Numbered from the stretch's first letter, positions 1-9,990 are shown. The stretch: DNA of 35,133 bases from an uncultured Granulosicoccus sp. (GCA_938016235.1 CALLPU010000278.1:1-35133); one strand, 5' to 3'. Notes: generated by a model from the letters alone, not told the origin. A program made the numbers and translations.

Positions 1-65
1 CCGATGGGATCCTCGCCGGGCCAGTACTTCTCGGCCATGGTCTCATCGACGATGACGACGCGCTG
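1..65 (-). other. Foreign fragment resembling a MacB-like/ADOP ABC permease
   Basis: An alternative minus-strand frame reads QRVVIVDETMAEKYWPGEDPIG, while the deaD frame turns into SASSSSMRPW. Confidence 0.6.
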
Positions 66-1009
66 CGCTCAACGTCGAGTCCGCGTGCTGCCACATCGGT
101 GGCCACCAGAATATCCAGCTGGCCACGCTTGAGTTTTTCGACCATCTGCTCACGCTGTTTTTGAGCCATGTCGCCGTTCATGGCAGCGGCGGTGAATCCG
201 CGAGCGATCAGTTTGTCGGCTACTTCTACTGTGGCCGTACGTGTGCGCACGAATACCAGCATGGCATCGAACGTCTCGGCTTCCAGAATTCTTGTCAGCG
301 CATCAAGCTTGTGCAGGCCGCTGACCAGCCAGAAGCGTTGTCGAATCGTGGCGGCTGTGGTCAACCGGCCTTCGATGGTGATCTCAACGGGATCAGTGAG
401 ATGCTTTGCGGCGATACGTCGGATAACCGGAGGCATGGTTGCCGAGAACAACGCCATTTGTCGTTTGGCTGGCGTTTGTTCAAGGATCCACTCCACGTCA
501 TCAATGAAGCCCATGCGCAGCATTTCATCGGCTTCATCCAGAACCAGTGTTTTCAGGTTATCCAGCTTCAGAGTGCCTCGACGCATGTGGTCCATGATGC
601 GCCCGGGTGTGCCTACCACAATATTGACGCCGCGGTTCAACTGCTTGATTTGGCCGGTGTAATCCTGACCGCCATAGACAGGTAGCACGCGCAGGTTCTT
701 CATGTGCTTGGCGTATTTACTGAACGCCTCTGCAACCTGTATGGCCAGCTCTCGGGTGGGTGCCAGAACCAGCGCCTGAACACCCCGTGCGTTCAAGTCC
801 AGCCGGGCCAGTATGGGTAGCGCAAAAGCGGCCGTTTTGCCGGTTCCGGTGGGTGCGTGCCCAAACAGGTCTTTGCCCTCCAGCAGGGGCGGCAGGGTGC
901 GCGACTGGATGGGAGTGGGGGTCTCGTAACCGACATCTTGAACAGCACGCAAGAGTGCGGCGGGTAGTTCAAGTTCTGAAAAGTGCGTTATAGCGTTGGA
1001 TTCCGACAT
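64..1009 (-). CDS. deaD: DEAD-box RNA helicase DeaD/CsdA, N-terminal part (homology ends at about 64)
   Basis: Not in the ORF track because it has no stop. Manual translation from ATG 1009 gives MSESNAITHFSELEL, Q motif GYETPTPIQ, motif I APTGTGKT, PTRELA, TPGR, DEAD, SAT, and motif V LVATDVAARGLDVER. Confidence 0.93.
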
Positions 1010-1110
1010 GGCGGGAGCTTACCGTGTTATGGCAGGCCTAGGTGGCAAGCTTGCCTGAATATTGAAGCGCGCCGTATTATCCGTTCATCACTGATGAGAG
1101 CGAATGTCAC

Positions 1111-1575
1111 ATGAATTACTGGCTTTTCAAATCCGAGCCCGATGCATTCAGTATTGATGATCTGTATGCCATGAAGGGCAAAAGAGACCATTGGGATGGA
1201 ATTCGAAATTACCAGGCGCGTAACTTGATGCGTGACGAGATGAAAAAGGGCGATATGGGGTTCTTTTATCACTCCAGTTGCAAGGTGCCTGGCATTGTAG
1301 GCGTCGTTGAAGTGGTTAAGGAGGCGTACCCCGATCACACGGCCTGGGACCCGAAGTCCTCCTACTACGACCCCAAATCCAGTGAAGAGAACCCACGCTG
1401 GTGCATGGTTGATGTGAAATTCAGGCAGAAGTACGACGAGGTGATTTCCCTGGAACGGCTGCGAACAGTCAAGAGGCTCGAGGGGATGGTGTTGTTGCAG
1501 AAGGGGAGTCGCCTGTCGATTCAACCCGTAACCAAAGCGCACTGGAACGTCATCACAAAATTAGGGCAGTCATAG
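1111..1575 (+). CDS. EVE domain protein (THYN1-like, PUA fold)
   Basis: Motifs YWLFKSEP, WDGIRNYQARN, FFYHS, YYDPKS, PRW and RLSIQPV. Confidence 0.93.
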   Translation: MNYWLFKSEPDAFSIDDLYAMKGKRDHWDGIRNYQARNLMRDEMKKGDMGFFYHSSCKVPGIVGVVEVVKEAYPDHTAWDPKSSYYDPKSSEENPRWCMVDVKFRQKYDEVISLERLRTVKRLEGMVLLQKGSRLSIQPVTKAHWNVITKLGQS

Positions 1576-1729
1576 CAGCTGGTTGGCCGTCGTCCCAGGT
1601 AATACACCGTGCATGTGGGCGGTGATGCTGTTGATGCGTAACGTACGAAGCGTTCGCTGATACCGACAGGTATTCCTGCGCGGCGAAGGAGCGCAGCTGT
1701 CCGAGTAACCCATAGCCCCGGCTTGCGTA

Positions 1730-1757
1730 TCAAGCATTCGCGCTGTGGTGCCTATAA
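1730..1757 (+). promoter_or_regulatory. Possible sigma-28 (FliA) promoter for the RedB-like/MCP operon
   Basis: TCAA-N16-GCCTATAA versus consensus TAAA/TCAA-N15-GCCGATAA. There is one -10 mismatch and the spacer is 1 nt long, but it lies upstream of a chemoreceptor operon. Confidence 0.3.
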
Positions 1758-1802
1758 GTGTGATTGGAAGTGGGTAAACCAACACAACTCGGTTTCACAG
1801 CG

Positions 1803-2486
1803 ATGCGAAAAGACATAATTCTATGGCTAATAGCCGGAATCTGGCTGGTGTTGTTGAGTGGCACGTTATACGCCATGGCGGAATACGGATCCTCAGCAGG
1901 TGAATCAGGATCGGCTCCGCAGACCTGGCCTGTTACCGCCGTGGCCGGGCTGGAAACCCATCAGAACAAACCAACACTGGTGCTCTTTGCACACCCGCTG
2001 TGTCCGTGTACACGAGCTACCTTGTGGGAACTTGAAAACATGACGAACAGACTGCATGGCCTGTTCAAGCTGCATGTCCTGTTCTATCAGCCTGATGATA
2101 CCAGCGCAATGCCAACTATCTGGGAGGCTTCAGATCTCAGAGAGCTTGCAGGACGTCTGCCTGACACGCTCGTGCACGATGATGTTGACGGTGCCATAGC
2201 CAGCCACTTCGGCGCTTACACCTCGGGGCAGGTGTTGCTGTACGACAGCGTAGGTCAGCTTCAGTTTGCCGGTGGTATCACGCCTTCTCGAGGACATGTC
2301 GGCACCAACCCAGGCAGCGCGGCTGTGATCAGTGCCATCCTCAGTGACGATAACGTAGATCCTTTGCAGCCTGCACAAAACCCGGTTTACGGTTGCAGCC
2401 TGCATGCTGCTGACGCTGATGATCGAAAGTTCAGTCCGGTATTGGATGACGATATACGTACACGGCTCCTCCCCGCAGACGTTTGA
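1803..2486 (+). CDS. RedB-like membrane-anchored thioredoxin-fold protein
   Basis: N-terminal TM helix, PTLVLFAHPLCPCTRATL (CPC), TSGQVLLYD, FAGGITPSRGH and C-terminal VYGCSL. This pattern is recalled from proteins annotated RedB. ATG 1803 preferred over 1764. Confidence 0.7.
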   Translation: MRKDIILWLIAGIWLVLLSGTLYAMAEYGSSAGESGSAPQTWPVTAVAGLETHQNKPTLVLFAHPLCPCTRATLWELENMTNRLHGLFKLHVLFYQPDDTSAMPTIWEASDLRELAGRLPDTLVHDDVDGAIASHFGAYTSGQVLLYDSVGQLQFAGGITPSRGHVGTNPGSAAVISAILSDDNVDPLQPAQNPVYGCSLHAADADDRKFSPVLDDDIRTRLLPADV

Positions 2487-2509
2487 ATACTTGAAGACTG
2501 CTCCGCTAC

Positions 2510-4387
2510 ATGACGTGGCTTATTAACCTGCAAACAATACTCATGAACACTGATAACCCGCCAGACATGCTGTCGAACAAGGTCACTGAAATTCAGTCTG
2601 AAAAGTCTGACCGGTCCATGACTGAGGAGCAGCAGGCCGCCGCCAGCGGGCTGTACCACAGAGCGCGCTTCCGGTTTCATCAGAAAGTAGACAAGGTATT
2701 CCTGTTGCTATTGTGCGTGCAGTGGCCGATAGCGGTGGGTTTGGCGATTTTCATGACGCCCTATACGTGGGCAGGTCCCGCCAGTGCGGTCCACCCACAT
2801 GTTTATGCATCCGTAGTGATTGGGGGCCTGGCAACGCTGTTTCCTGCCTGGCTGGTCTGGAAGCACTCCGGTGAAGTGCTTACGCGTCATGTGGTAGCGG
2901 CATCGGCCCTGATCTTTACGGCATTGTTCATACACTTGTCGGGTGGGCGGGACGAAGCGCACTTTCATGTATTCATCATGCTGGCATTCTGCGCCTTGTA
3001 CTTCGACTGGCGTGTGTTGATTACAGCGATGATTGTGGCTGTTCTGGATCATGCACTACGTGGCGTGGTCTACCCGATGTCTGTGTTTGGCGTTTTGGAA
3101 AGTCCTTGGTTTCAAATCATCCGACATGCTGGCTGGGTGGCGTTTGAAGGCTCAGTGCTGATCTACGCGGCTGTGCTGATTGACAAGGACAAGCGCAAAG
3201 CGTCTGAACACCTGGCTATCAGCCAGTTCCGGGAAGTGCAGATCAACAATCTGCTCAAACAGAACGAGCAAGTGTCTGCTGAGAGAGAAGAGCGAGAGCT
3301 TGAAGCCAGAAAACTGGCCGAAGAGAATCGCATCTCCGAGGTCAAACTCAGAGAGGCAGCAGAAGCCTCGACACGTCGAGAGAAGGAGGCAGCCGAGAGT
3401 CAGCGGCGTCAGGTGGATGCTCTTCTCGAGAGCGTTAATCAGGCTGTGTCGGGTGATCTTAACGCGCGTATTACGGTCAAGGGTGATGATGCCATTGGCC
3501 AGATGGGGCTTGGTCTGGAGCGTCTGTTGAATGCCCTGAGTGCAAACTTCAGCGAGATCGGAGCTAACGCGCAGACACTGACCAGTGCGGCCAACGAGTT
3601 GATGTCCACCAGTCGAGTGCTGGGACAGGATGCGATAGAAACGTCAGCCCAGGTTGAGCGTGTGTCGGGTAGTGCGAACAGAATCAACAGCGGCGTGCAA
3701 AGCACCGCCTCGTCGACCGAGCAGATGAATCTGGCAATACGCGAGGTATCCCGATGTGCCTCGGAAGCGGTAACCGTGGGCCAGGACGCTGTAACGCTGG
3801 CTGATCAGGCGAATACCACAGTACAGCAGTTGGGAGAGTCCAGTTCGGGCATCGGCAATGTGCTTAAAGTGATTACATCGATTGCGGAGCAGACCAACTT
3901 ACTTGCCTTGAATGCCACCATAGAAGCTGCGCGGGCAGGCGATGCGGGCAAAGGTTTTGCTGTGGTAGCCAATGAGGTGAAGGATCTGGCGAAGGAGACC
4001 GCCAAGGCAACCGATGAGATATCTTCCAGGATCGCAGCGATACAGGCTGATGCCGGTAATGCTGGCGATGTCATCGCACAGATTGCCGATATCATTCAGC
4101 AAATAGATGGTTATCAGACAACGGTAGCGGCGGCTGTAGAGGAGCAAACCTCAACGACGCGGGAGATCAGCAATAATCTGGCAGCCAGTGCAGAGGGAAG
4201 CGCTGAGATCAGTGGGCATATTGCCGATATCGCGGCGAGAACCGATAGTGCGAAGGCATCTTCTCAGCAGGTACAACGTTCCGCAGAGTCGCTGGGAGAC
4301 ATCGCGGCACGACTGCAAAACCTGCTGGACGTCTATTCGGCGACCGGTACTGGTGCGCCTCAGCTGAGTATGGTCAAAAACGGTTGA
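2510..4387 (+). CDS. Methyl-accepting chemotaxis protein with about 6-TM His-rich intramembrane sensor domain
   Basis: MCP tip [34 protein letters not shown], a HAMP-like segment and six hydrophobic helices. The start may be 2510 or 2543. Confidence 0.92.
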   Translation: MTWLINLQTILMNTDNPPDMLSNKVTEIQSEKSDRSMTEEQQAAASGLYHRARFRFHQKVDKVFLLLLCVQWPIAVGLAIFMTPYTWAGPASAVHPHVYASVVIGGLATLFPAWLVWKHSGEVLTRHVVAASALIFTALFIHLSGGRDEAHFHVFIMLAFCALYFDWRVLITAMIVAVLDHALRGVVYPMSVFGVLESPWFQIIRHAGWVAFEGSVLIYAAVLIDKDKRKASEHLAISQFREVQINNLLKQNEQVSAEREERELEARKLAEENRISEVKLREAAEASTRREKEAAESQRRQVDALLESVNQAVSGDLNARITVKGDDAIGQMGLGLERLLNALSANFSEIGANAQTLTSAANELMSTSRVLGQDAIETSAQVERVSGSANRINSGVQSTASSTEQMNLAIREVSRCASEAVTVGQDAVTLADQANTTVQQLGESSSGIGNVLKVITSIAEQTNLLALNATIEAARAGDAGKGFAVVANEVKDLAKETAKATDEISSRIAAIQADAGNAGDVIAQIADIIQQIDGYQTTVAAAVEEQTSTTREISNNLAASAEGSAEISGHIADIAARTDSAKASSQQVQRSAESLGDIAARLQNLLDVYSATGTGAPQLSMVKNG

Positions 4388-4534
4388 GGTGCGTCAGGCG
4401 GTAACGCGTGAGTACGCTGTTGCTGTAGTCGTCGGCACCTGATCTTGTCGACGCTGCAGGAGTTCATCCAGTACGGATACTTGCGCTGGGTGCTCAAAAT
4501 AGTGGCACTCACAGACTAACGGTGAACAATCACA

Positions 4535-5479
4535 CTAGGCCGTTGAGAGAGCGCTTGAACGATGTTCTTGCGGACTCAGTCCACGCGCACGTTTGAACGC
4601 AGCACTAAACGCGAATGGTGTGGCGTAGCCAACTTTTTCCGCAACGGTACCTACCGTTTCGTCCGGTTGGCATAACATGTCGGCCGCAAGCGCCATTCGC
4701 CAGTTCTTCAGAAATGTCATCGGTGGTTCGCCAACCAGATCATGGAACCGTCGCGCAAGCGATGCACGGGATGCGCCCGATTCAGCCGCGAGCTTATCCA
4801 TCGTCCATGGGTGGCCAGGTTCGTCGTGCATGAGTCGAAGCGCGCGCTCAACAATCCGGTCACTCTGGTTTCGCCACCACTCTGGTGTGCTTGAATCCTG
4901 TTGTGCGAACCAGGCCTTGAGCACCGCAGTTACCAGCAGATCGAGTAAGCGATCCAGTACGGCAGCCTGACCGGGTTCATCCTTTACCACTTCTTCGCAG
5001 AGCAACGGAACAAGCGGCGATTCCCAATCCGTACGCGACAAAAATAATACGCTCGGCAACGCCCGTAACAGACGATCACTAATATCGCTGAGATGCTCGT
5101 AGGCGCCCACAAGGAATACCGTCGAGCCATCTGGATCGTTGCCCCATGTTCGTACGCCATGCGTCATTTCTTCCAGCACGGAGTTTCCGTCCAGGTCGCA
5201 ACAGCGCTGGCCCGGGTAAACAGTGACGATAGGATTTGTCGTGGGCGAGTCGGCGACATTGTAGTGGTCTGGCGCGCGGGTAACGGCAATGTCCCCCGGG
5301 CCGATCCGCACCGGATTACCGTCATCGGGCACCACCCATGCCTCGCCCGTCACGCCGGCAATCAGCGTCAGTGGTGATTCGGCGAGAATTCTCAGTGACC
5401 ACGGTGAGCTCATCACCGTACGTAGCGCGAAGGCTCCGCGCGCGCGGGGCGCATCCAATAATCCACCTAATGTGTCCAT
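4535..5479 (-). CDS. AraC-family transcriptional regulator with cupin N-terminal domain
   Basis: HPWTMDKLAAESGASRASLARRF, GEPPMTFLKNWRM and VAEKVGYATPFAFSAAFKR double HTH. Confidence 0.93.
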   Translation of the reverse strand: MDTLGGLLDAPRARGAFALRTVMSSPWSLRILAESPLTLIAGVTGEAWVVPDDGNPVRIGPGDIAVTRAPDHYNVADSPTTNPIVTVYPGQRCCDLDGNSVLEEMTHGVRTWGNDPDGSTVFLVGAYEHLSDISDRLLRALPSVLFLSRTDWESPLVPLLCEEVVKDEPGQAAVLDRLLDLLVTAVLKAWFAQQDSSTPEWWRNQSDRIVERALRLMHDEPGHPWTMDKLAAESGASRASLARRFHDLVGEPPMTFLKNWRMALAADMLCQPDETVGTVAEKVGYATPFAFSAAFKRARGLSPQEHRSSALSTA

Positions 5480-5491
5480 AGGCCAATCTTA
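5477..5491 (-). promoter_or_regulatory. Putative -10 box of a leaderless araC transcript
   Basis: Minus strand reads TAAGAT-TGGCCT-ATG, a TANNNT hexamer 6 nt before the start, with no Shine-Dalgarno sequence. Confidence 0.5.
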
Positions 5492-5612
5492 GACGAATAC
5501 GTATGAATCTGATCGAACCTAGCATGGTGCGTCAAGCGGATCACCCGTAGCCTGAGTTGTGTGGAATTCAGCCAGTTCGGCAACCGCAAACTGACACAAT
5601 CAGGAGAGCATC

Positions 5613-6485
5613 ATGAAAGCACAAACAAGCACTTTCGGAAATCAGGACGGCATTACACTGGTACTGGGCGGTACCGGCAAGACGGGGCGTCGCGTCGCAG
5701 AAAAACTCGAGCAACGGGGTGTTCAGACGCGCATCGCGTCTCGCTCGGCGAACCCTTCATTCGACTGGAACGAACCAACTACCTGGGATGCCGCCCTTGA
5801 AGGCGTCACAGCAGCTTACATCACATACGCTCCGGATCTCGCGATACCAGGCGCTACAGGTTCGATCAGGGCGTTTGTGGAGAAAGCGACCTTGCGCGGC
5901 GTCAAACGCATGGTGCTTCTATCGGGCCGCGGCGAGGAAGAGGCTCAAGCGTGTGAGCGCATCATTCAGGAAGCTGACGTCGAATGGACCATCGTTCGTG
6001 CAAGCTGGTTCATGCAGAATTTCTCGGAAGGAGAGTTCCTCGGCATGGTGATGAACGGTGCGATCACCCTGCCCGCCGGTGATACCCCTGAACCGTTCGT
6101 TGACGTTAATGATATCGCCGATGTCGCGGTTGCGGCATTGACGGAGGAAGGACATGCCCATGAGATCTATGAGGTAACCGGTCCACGCATGTTGACCTTC
6201 AGCGAGCTGGCCAATGAGATTTCTCAAGCTGCCGATCGAGACGTTCAGTTTATTCAAATCCCGAAAGAGGCATTCGCTCAGGGCATCGCCGAATCAGGCG
6301 CACCGGAAAACATTGCATGGTTGTTGAACTATCTGTTCGAAACGGTCCTTGATGGTCGCAACGCTTACATCTGTGATGGCGTCAAGCGTGCGCTGGGCCG
6401 AGAGCCCACCGACTTTGCAGAGTATGCAAAACGCGTCGCGGCTCGTGGCACCTGGGCTGTCACTGACGACGAGGTGGCCGCATGA
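5613..6485 (+). CDS. NmrA-like NAD(P)H-binding protein (atypical SDR)
   Basis: LVLGGTGKTGRRV Rossmann motif, VLLSGRGE, RASWFMQNFSE and FVDVNDIADVA. SD AGGAGA upstream. Confidence 0.9.
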   Translation: MKAQTSTFGNQDGITLVLGGTGKTGRRVAEKLEQRGVQTRIASRSANPSFDWNEPTTWDAALEGVTAAYITYAPDLAIPGATGSIRAFVEKATLRGVKRMVLLSGRGEEEAQACERIIQEADVEWTIVRASWFMQNFSEGEFLGMVMNGAITLPAGDTPEPFVDVNDIADVAVAALTEEGHAHEIYEVTGPRMLTFSELANEISQAADRDVQFIQIPKEAFAQGIAESGAPENIAWLLNYLFETVLDGRNAYICDGVKRALGREPTDFAEYAKRVAARGTWAVTDDEVAA

Positions 6486-6979
6486 ATACGGTTGTCACAT
6501 CGGTTGTTGTGCTTGCATTGCTCGGCTCGGCATTGATCGGTGGCGTCTTCTTCGCCTTCTCTAGCTTCGTCATGAAAGCGCTCGCGCGAACGCCCTCTTC
6601 GGAGGGCATCGCCGCGATGCAGTCGATCAACATCGTCGTACTGAACCGCTCATTTCTCGTCGCGTTCATGGGTACGGCGGTGCTATCGCTTTTTGTTATG
6701 GGCCTTGCCTTTAACGTGTGGGGTACACCTTCAGCGCTATACTTCCTGTCGGGTGCACTCCTGTACCTCGTCGGCACTTTCCTTGTTACCGGGCTTGGCA
6801 ATGTCCCGTTGAACGACCAGCTGGCTGCAGTGTCTGCCACCGATCCCGCCGCCACTACCGTGTGGGAACACTATCTGGATCGGTGGACGCGACTTAACAC
6901 GATACGTACTTCTGCGGCGATGGCAGCTGCACTCCTATTCACCCTTGGTCTTGTGCAAAGCGAGGTGCCGCATGTCTGA
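6482..6979 (+). CDS. DUF1772 / anthrone oxygenase-family membrane protein
   Basis: GGVFFAFSSFVMKAL, GIAAMQSIN, GNVPLNDQL and W..Y...WT..N.IRT. ATGA overlap with the upstream gene. Confidence 0.88.
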   Translation: MNTVVTSVVVLALLGSALIGGVFFAFSSFVMKALARTPSSEGIAAMQSINIVVLNRSFLVAFMGTAVLSLFVMGLAFNVWGTPSALYFLSGALLYLVGTFLVTGLGNVPLNDQLAAVSATDPAATTVWEHYLDRWTRLNTIRTSAAMAAALLFTLGLVQSEVPHV

Positions 6980-7042
6980 GTTACTGGACCAATGCGCCAA
7001 TGCACCGCTGAGAATATTCCTGGATGAGCACCAGCCGATCGG

Positions 7043-7522
7043 CTACTCCTCTTTGAGCAGTTTTTCAAACAGCGAGTCTGCAGTCTTGACGAAGCCCGGG
7101 ATATCTTCCTGCCACTTTTTGTTGAGTTTTTCGTTATAGTTCAGATACAGCTTGCCGTCGACCACCGTCCATTGGTCGGGCTCGATCTTGACCAGACTCT
7201 CCTGAGCCACGCCATAGGCGCAATAGCCGCCGTACTGCGGAGCGTATTTCTCCGGCTCTGCAATGAATAGATCCAGGTGTTCCTGAGTGGAAAACTTCCA
7301 GGTGGCACCTGACCACTCGGTGGAATACTGGTCACTGCCTTCCACAGGCTTGCTCTGGGTAAAGTAGGCCACGGTGTCGTATCCGCGTATGGCGATACCG
7401 TTCGGCTCGTATCCGAACAGGCCTTCTTTTTCCAGTGTATTTATGCGTTCAGCCGCCATGACACTCGCTGTCATCGACAGCATCAGTACGGCAGAGCTCA
7501 GTAGACGTTTCAGGTGTTTCAT
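7043..7522 (-). CDS. Secreted YHS-domain (seleno)protein family member, Cys form
   Basis: Signal peptide, AIRGYDTVAYF, PEKYAPQYGGYCAYG (Cys encoded by TGC) and DGKLYLNYN. Confidence 0.88.
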   Translation of the reverse strand: MKHLKRLLSSAVLMLSMTASVMAAERINTLEKEGLFGYEPNGIAIRGYDTVAYFTQSKPVEGSDQYSTEWSGATWKFSTQEHLDLFIAEPEKYAPQYGGYCAYGVAQESLVKIEPDQWTVVDGKLYLNYNEKLNKKWQEDIPGFVKTADSLFEKLLKEE

Positions 7523-7654
7523 GGTGTTTCCGGATGATGGGTTAATGAGTGAGTTTCGCTGTCTTTGAGGCGGTTAGTGCCAAAAAGTTTTATAACTATT
7601 TGTAGTCTGGCGCCAGGGTTTGGGACATTTCGCGGTGTTGAACAAGATATCCCT

Positions 7655-9088
7655 TCACAATTCGGGTAGAACTCGAGCCGCCAGGCCCGATCTGGTCAAC
7701 TGACCGATTGCACGTTTTGCGCGCCATTCGCGCAACCAGAGCAGGCTGGCAAACAGGCTCAGGACGAAAAGCGTGATTGCCCAGTAGGGAAAATTCGCTC
7801 CGCTGCCGCGAAGTTTGAGCATCACGGCGCTCCACCAGTGATCGTTCAGCGCAATATCCGCCAGTAAATCAGCACGATCCGGCAGTCCCACATTGATTCG
7901 TCTGGCCGGGATGATCGCTTCTTCGGCTGTGTCACGGGTCGTGTCATGCCAGACCACTCTGACCGTATCCAGAAATACCGGAATCGGGCTCTGGGCAACC
8001 ATGCGAAACGTGAATGTGGCTGTGGCTTCTGGACTATTGCCCGTCAGCTGTTCCGTTCGAGTTTGTTTGATCAGGGTAGTACTGAGTGCGCGGCTTTCCA
8101 ACGGCACCACGTCGGGCAGATGGCTGGCCAGCACGCCGTTGGCTGTTAACGTGATGGTGCGCAGGATTTCGTCGCCGGCGGAGAGCTCTCTGGGATCTTT
8201 CGACCAGTCATCGACCAGTGATACTCCCGTGGCCGGTAACCACCAATCAGACACCGACGCCGCTGCTTTTATCTGAATCTGCTGATCCGGGGTCTTGCGA
8301 TCGAAAGCAGCTCGCTGGGTTCTTGAGCGAATGGCTGAGCCTGTCCATTGAATACCGTCGATCGTCAGTGCGCCGGAATGCTGAGCAAACAGATGGTAGC
8401 GCCACGAAATGACGCGCCAGCGATTGTCCGTATCCTGCCCCTCGACCGTGCGGCGTTCTTCAAATTCACTCAAGACATCGAAGCCGTGAAACGAGGGCAG
8501 TGTCAGTGATTCCTCGGTAATGGGATAGCGATGCTTCAGGATGATGTCGGCGACCATGTGTTGTCCGACGTAGGGTGTGTTGATATCGGCAGATGCCGAC
8601 TCTGTGATGATCTGATTATTATCGAGTGTTAACTGCATCGTGACTTGCAGATCATCTTCATCGGGTTGCCAGTCGGTGTCGGCAGGTGGCAACACGTTGA
8701 TGATGACGGTGTTCGAATTCACCGCGCCTTGCGAGGTAATGCCATTCAGTGGACCGAAGAAGGCTCTACCTTCACGACGAGGTACAAACTCCATGCGGCG
8801 CAGCTTGACCTCAACCACGCGTTCATCAATGACCGCTATGCGGGTACCCGTGGTTTCACGAAGCAGATCAGCATCTTTGAAAAGACTGCTGACATCCAAC
8901 GGCTCCACGAGCCCCACGGCCTCAACTTCCAGAATCACGCTGTCACCCAGGTAGACAGCCTCGTTGTCACTGATCAGTGTGATTCCGGGTTTGACCGTGG
9001 CAGCATGGACCATCCCTGCTATCAGACAAAGCAGGCATAACAGCCCCTTGCCGAGTGTCGTTTTGCACAGAGTGGTGCGCGTGCTCAC
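7655..9088 (-). CDS. BatD-family exported protein with C-terminal TM anchor
   Basis: Signal peptide, PYVGQ, WWLPA..V.L...WS and GDEILRTITLTANG. It is the last gene of the MoxR cassette, with a GTGA overlap. Confidence 0.75.
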   Translation of the reverse strand: MSTRTTLCKTTLGKGLLCLLCLIAGMVHAATVKPGITLISDNEAVYLGDSVILEVEAVGLVEPLDVSSLFKDADLLRETTGTRIAVIDERVVEVKLRRMEFVPRREGRAFFGPLNGITSQGAVNSNTVIINVLPPADTDWQPDEDDLQVTMQLTLDNNQIITESASADINTPYVGQHMVADIILKHRYPITEESLTLPSFHGFDVLSEFEERRTVEGQDTDNRWRVISWRYHLFAQHSGALTIDGIQWTGSAIRSRTQRAAFDRKTPDQQIQIKAAASVSDWWLPATGVSLVDDWSKDPRELSAGDEILRTITLTANGVLASHLPDVVPLESRALSTTLIKQTRTEQLTGNSPEATATFTFRMVAQSPIPVFLDTVRVVWHDTTRDTAEEAIIPARRINVGLPDRADLLADIALNDHWWSAVMLKLRGSGANFPYWAITLFVLSLFASLLWLREWRAKRAIGQLTRSGLAARVLPEL

Positions 9089-9990
9089 CAGCTGCTTCCC
9101 CCTTCAGGTGCAGTTTGCCCGGCGGCGCGGCGGCGTTTCTGCTCCAGTTTTATTCGCCGCTGCAAGTATAACTGCGAGTCATGGTTAATCTGATTGAGCC
9201 ATTGTGTGGTGGCTTGTTCGTTCTCCAGCGAACTGCGTAACCCTGCTGCCTGGGAATCGGTGGTTGGTTCGTCGGTTTCCGATCCACCTGACGGGCGGCT
9301 GGCTGGTTCCTGATCGCTGGTCTCACCGTTGACTGCGCCGCTGCCATCCTGCTCTTCTGATGCGTTTTCTTCGCGGGAGGCTTCGCCACCTTCACCGGCA
9401 ACTGCGTCTGCCTGTGTGCCCATGGTCTGTTCTCCCGCGTCCTCGGATTCGCCGGTGGGTGTTTCACTGACGTCGCTTTGTTCCTGACCCCCCTGGCCCT
9501 TACCCTGTTCGTCTGGCTTTTCTTCCGAATCCAGTTGTTCTATTTCATCGCCGGTGGGTTGGCGGCCGCCGCGCTGTTGTTGCTCATCCTCTTCTGCAAG
9601 CAGCTTGCGCATGATGTCGGCATTGTGACGGGCGTTATCGAGCTCAGGATCCATGGACAGGGCTTGCAGATAGGCATCCAGAGCCAGCGCGTAATACCCG
9701 AGTTTGACGTAACTGTTGCCCAGGTTGTACACCGAGACAGGATCGTTGGCACGAACGAAGGCTTCTGCAGCACGCCACCATTGAGATGAGCGATACAAGG
9801 CCACGCCTTTCCAGGCTGGGTCCGTGAAAATTTCACCAGCACGAGCATAGTCGCCTTGCTCAAAGAGCCGGTGAGCCAGCAAGTTATCGTCGCTCGGCGT
9901 CGCCGTTGATGTCATGATCAAGGCGCCGGCCAGCACCGTCACGATCCACCCGCTACACCTGCCTGTTTGAGGTGTAAATGGCACGTTCAT
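9085..9990 (-). CDS. TPR protein (BatC/MxaK-like) with acidic low-complexity tail
   Basis: WKGVALYRSSQW, YNLGNSYVKLGYYALALDAYLQAL and ARHN, then an E/D/Q/G/S-rich linker and WL..I..D...YL.RR. ATG 9990 overlaps the upstream stop. Confidence 0.8.
   Translation of the reverse strand: MNVPFTPQTGRCSGWIVTVLAGALIMTSTATPSDDNLLAHRLFEQGDYARAGEIFTDPAWKGVALYRSSQWWRAAEAFVRANDPVSVYNLGNSYVKLGYYALALDAYLQALSMDPELDNARHNADIMRKLLAEEDEQQQRGGRQPTGDEIEQLDSEEKPDEQGKGQGGQEQSDVSETPTGESEDAGEQTMGTQADAVAGEGGEASREENASEEQDGSGAVNGETSDQEPASRPSGGSETDEPTTDSQAAGLRSSLENEQATTQWLNQINHDSQLYLQRRIKLEQKRRRAAGQTAPEGGSSW

Noticed and set aside
161-993. Plus-strand ORFs 161-685, 168-662 and 760-993
   Set aside because: They are antisense shadows of deaD, which carries all helicase motifs on the minus strand.
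1660-1705. Nested hairpin GACAG/CTGTC with CTGCGC/GCGCAG upstream of the RedB-like gene
   Set aside because: Short GC stems are expected by chance, and there is no terminator tail or recognisable riboswitch or 6S RNA consensus.
7200-7240. Possible selenocysteine in the YHS (seleno)protein
   Set aside because: The relevant codon is TGC (Cys) and there is no in-frame TGA.
7560-7590. TGGCAC upstream of the YHS gene as a sigma-54 promoter
   Set aside because: There is no TTGC at the required -12 spacing.
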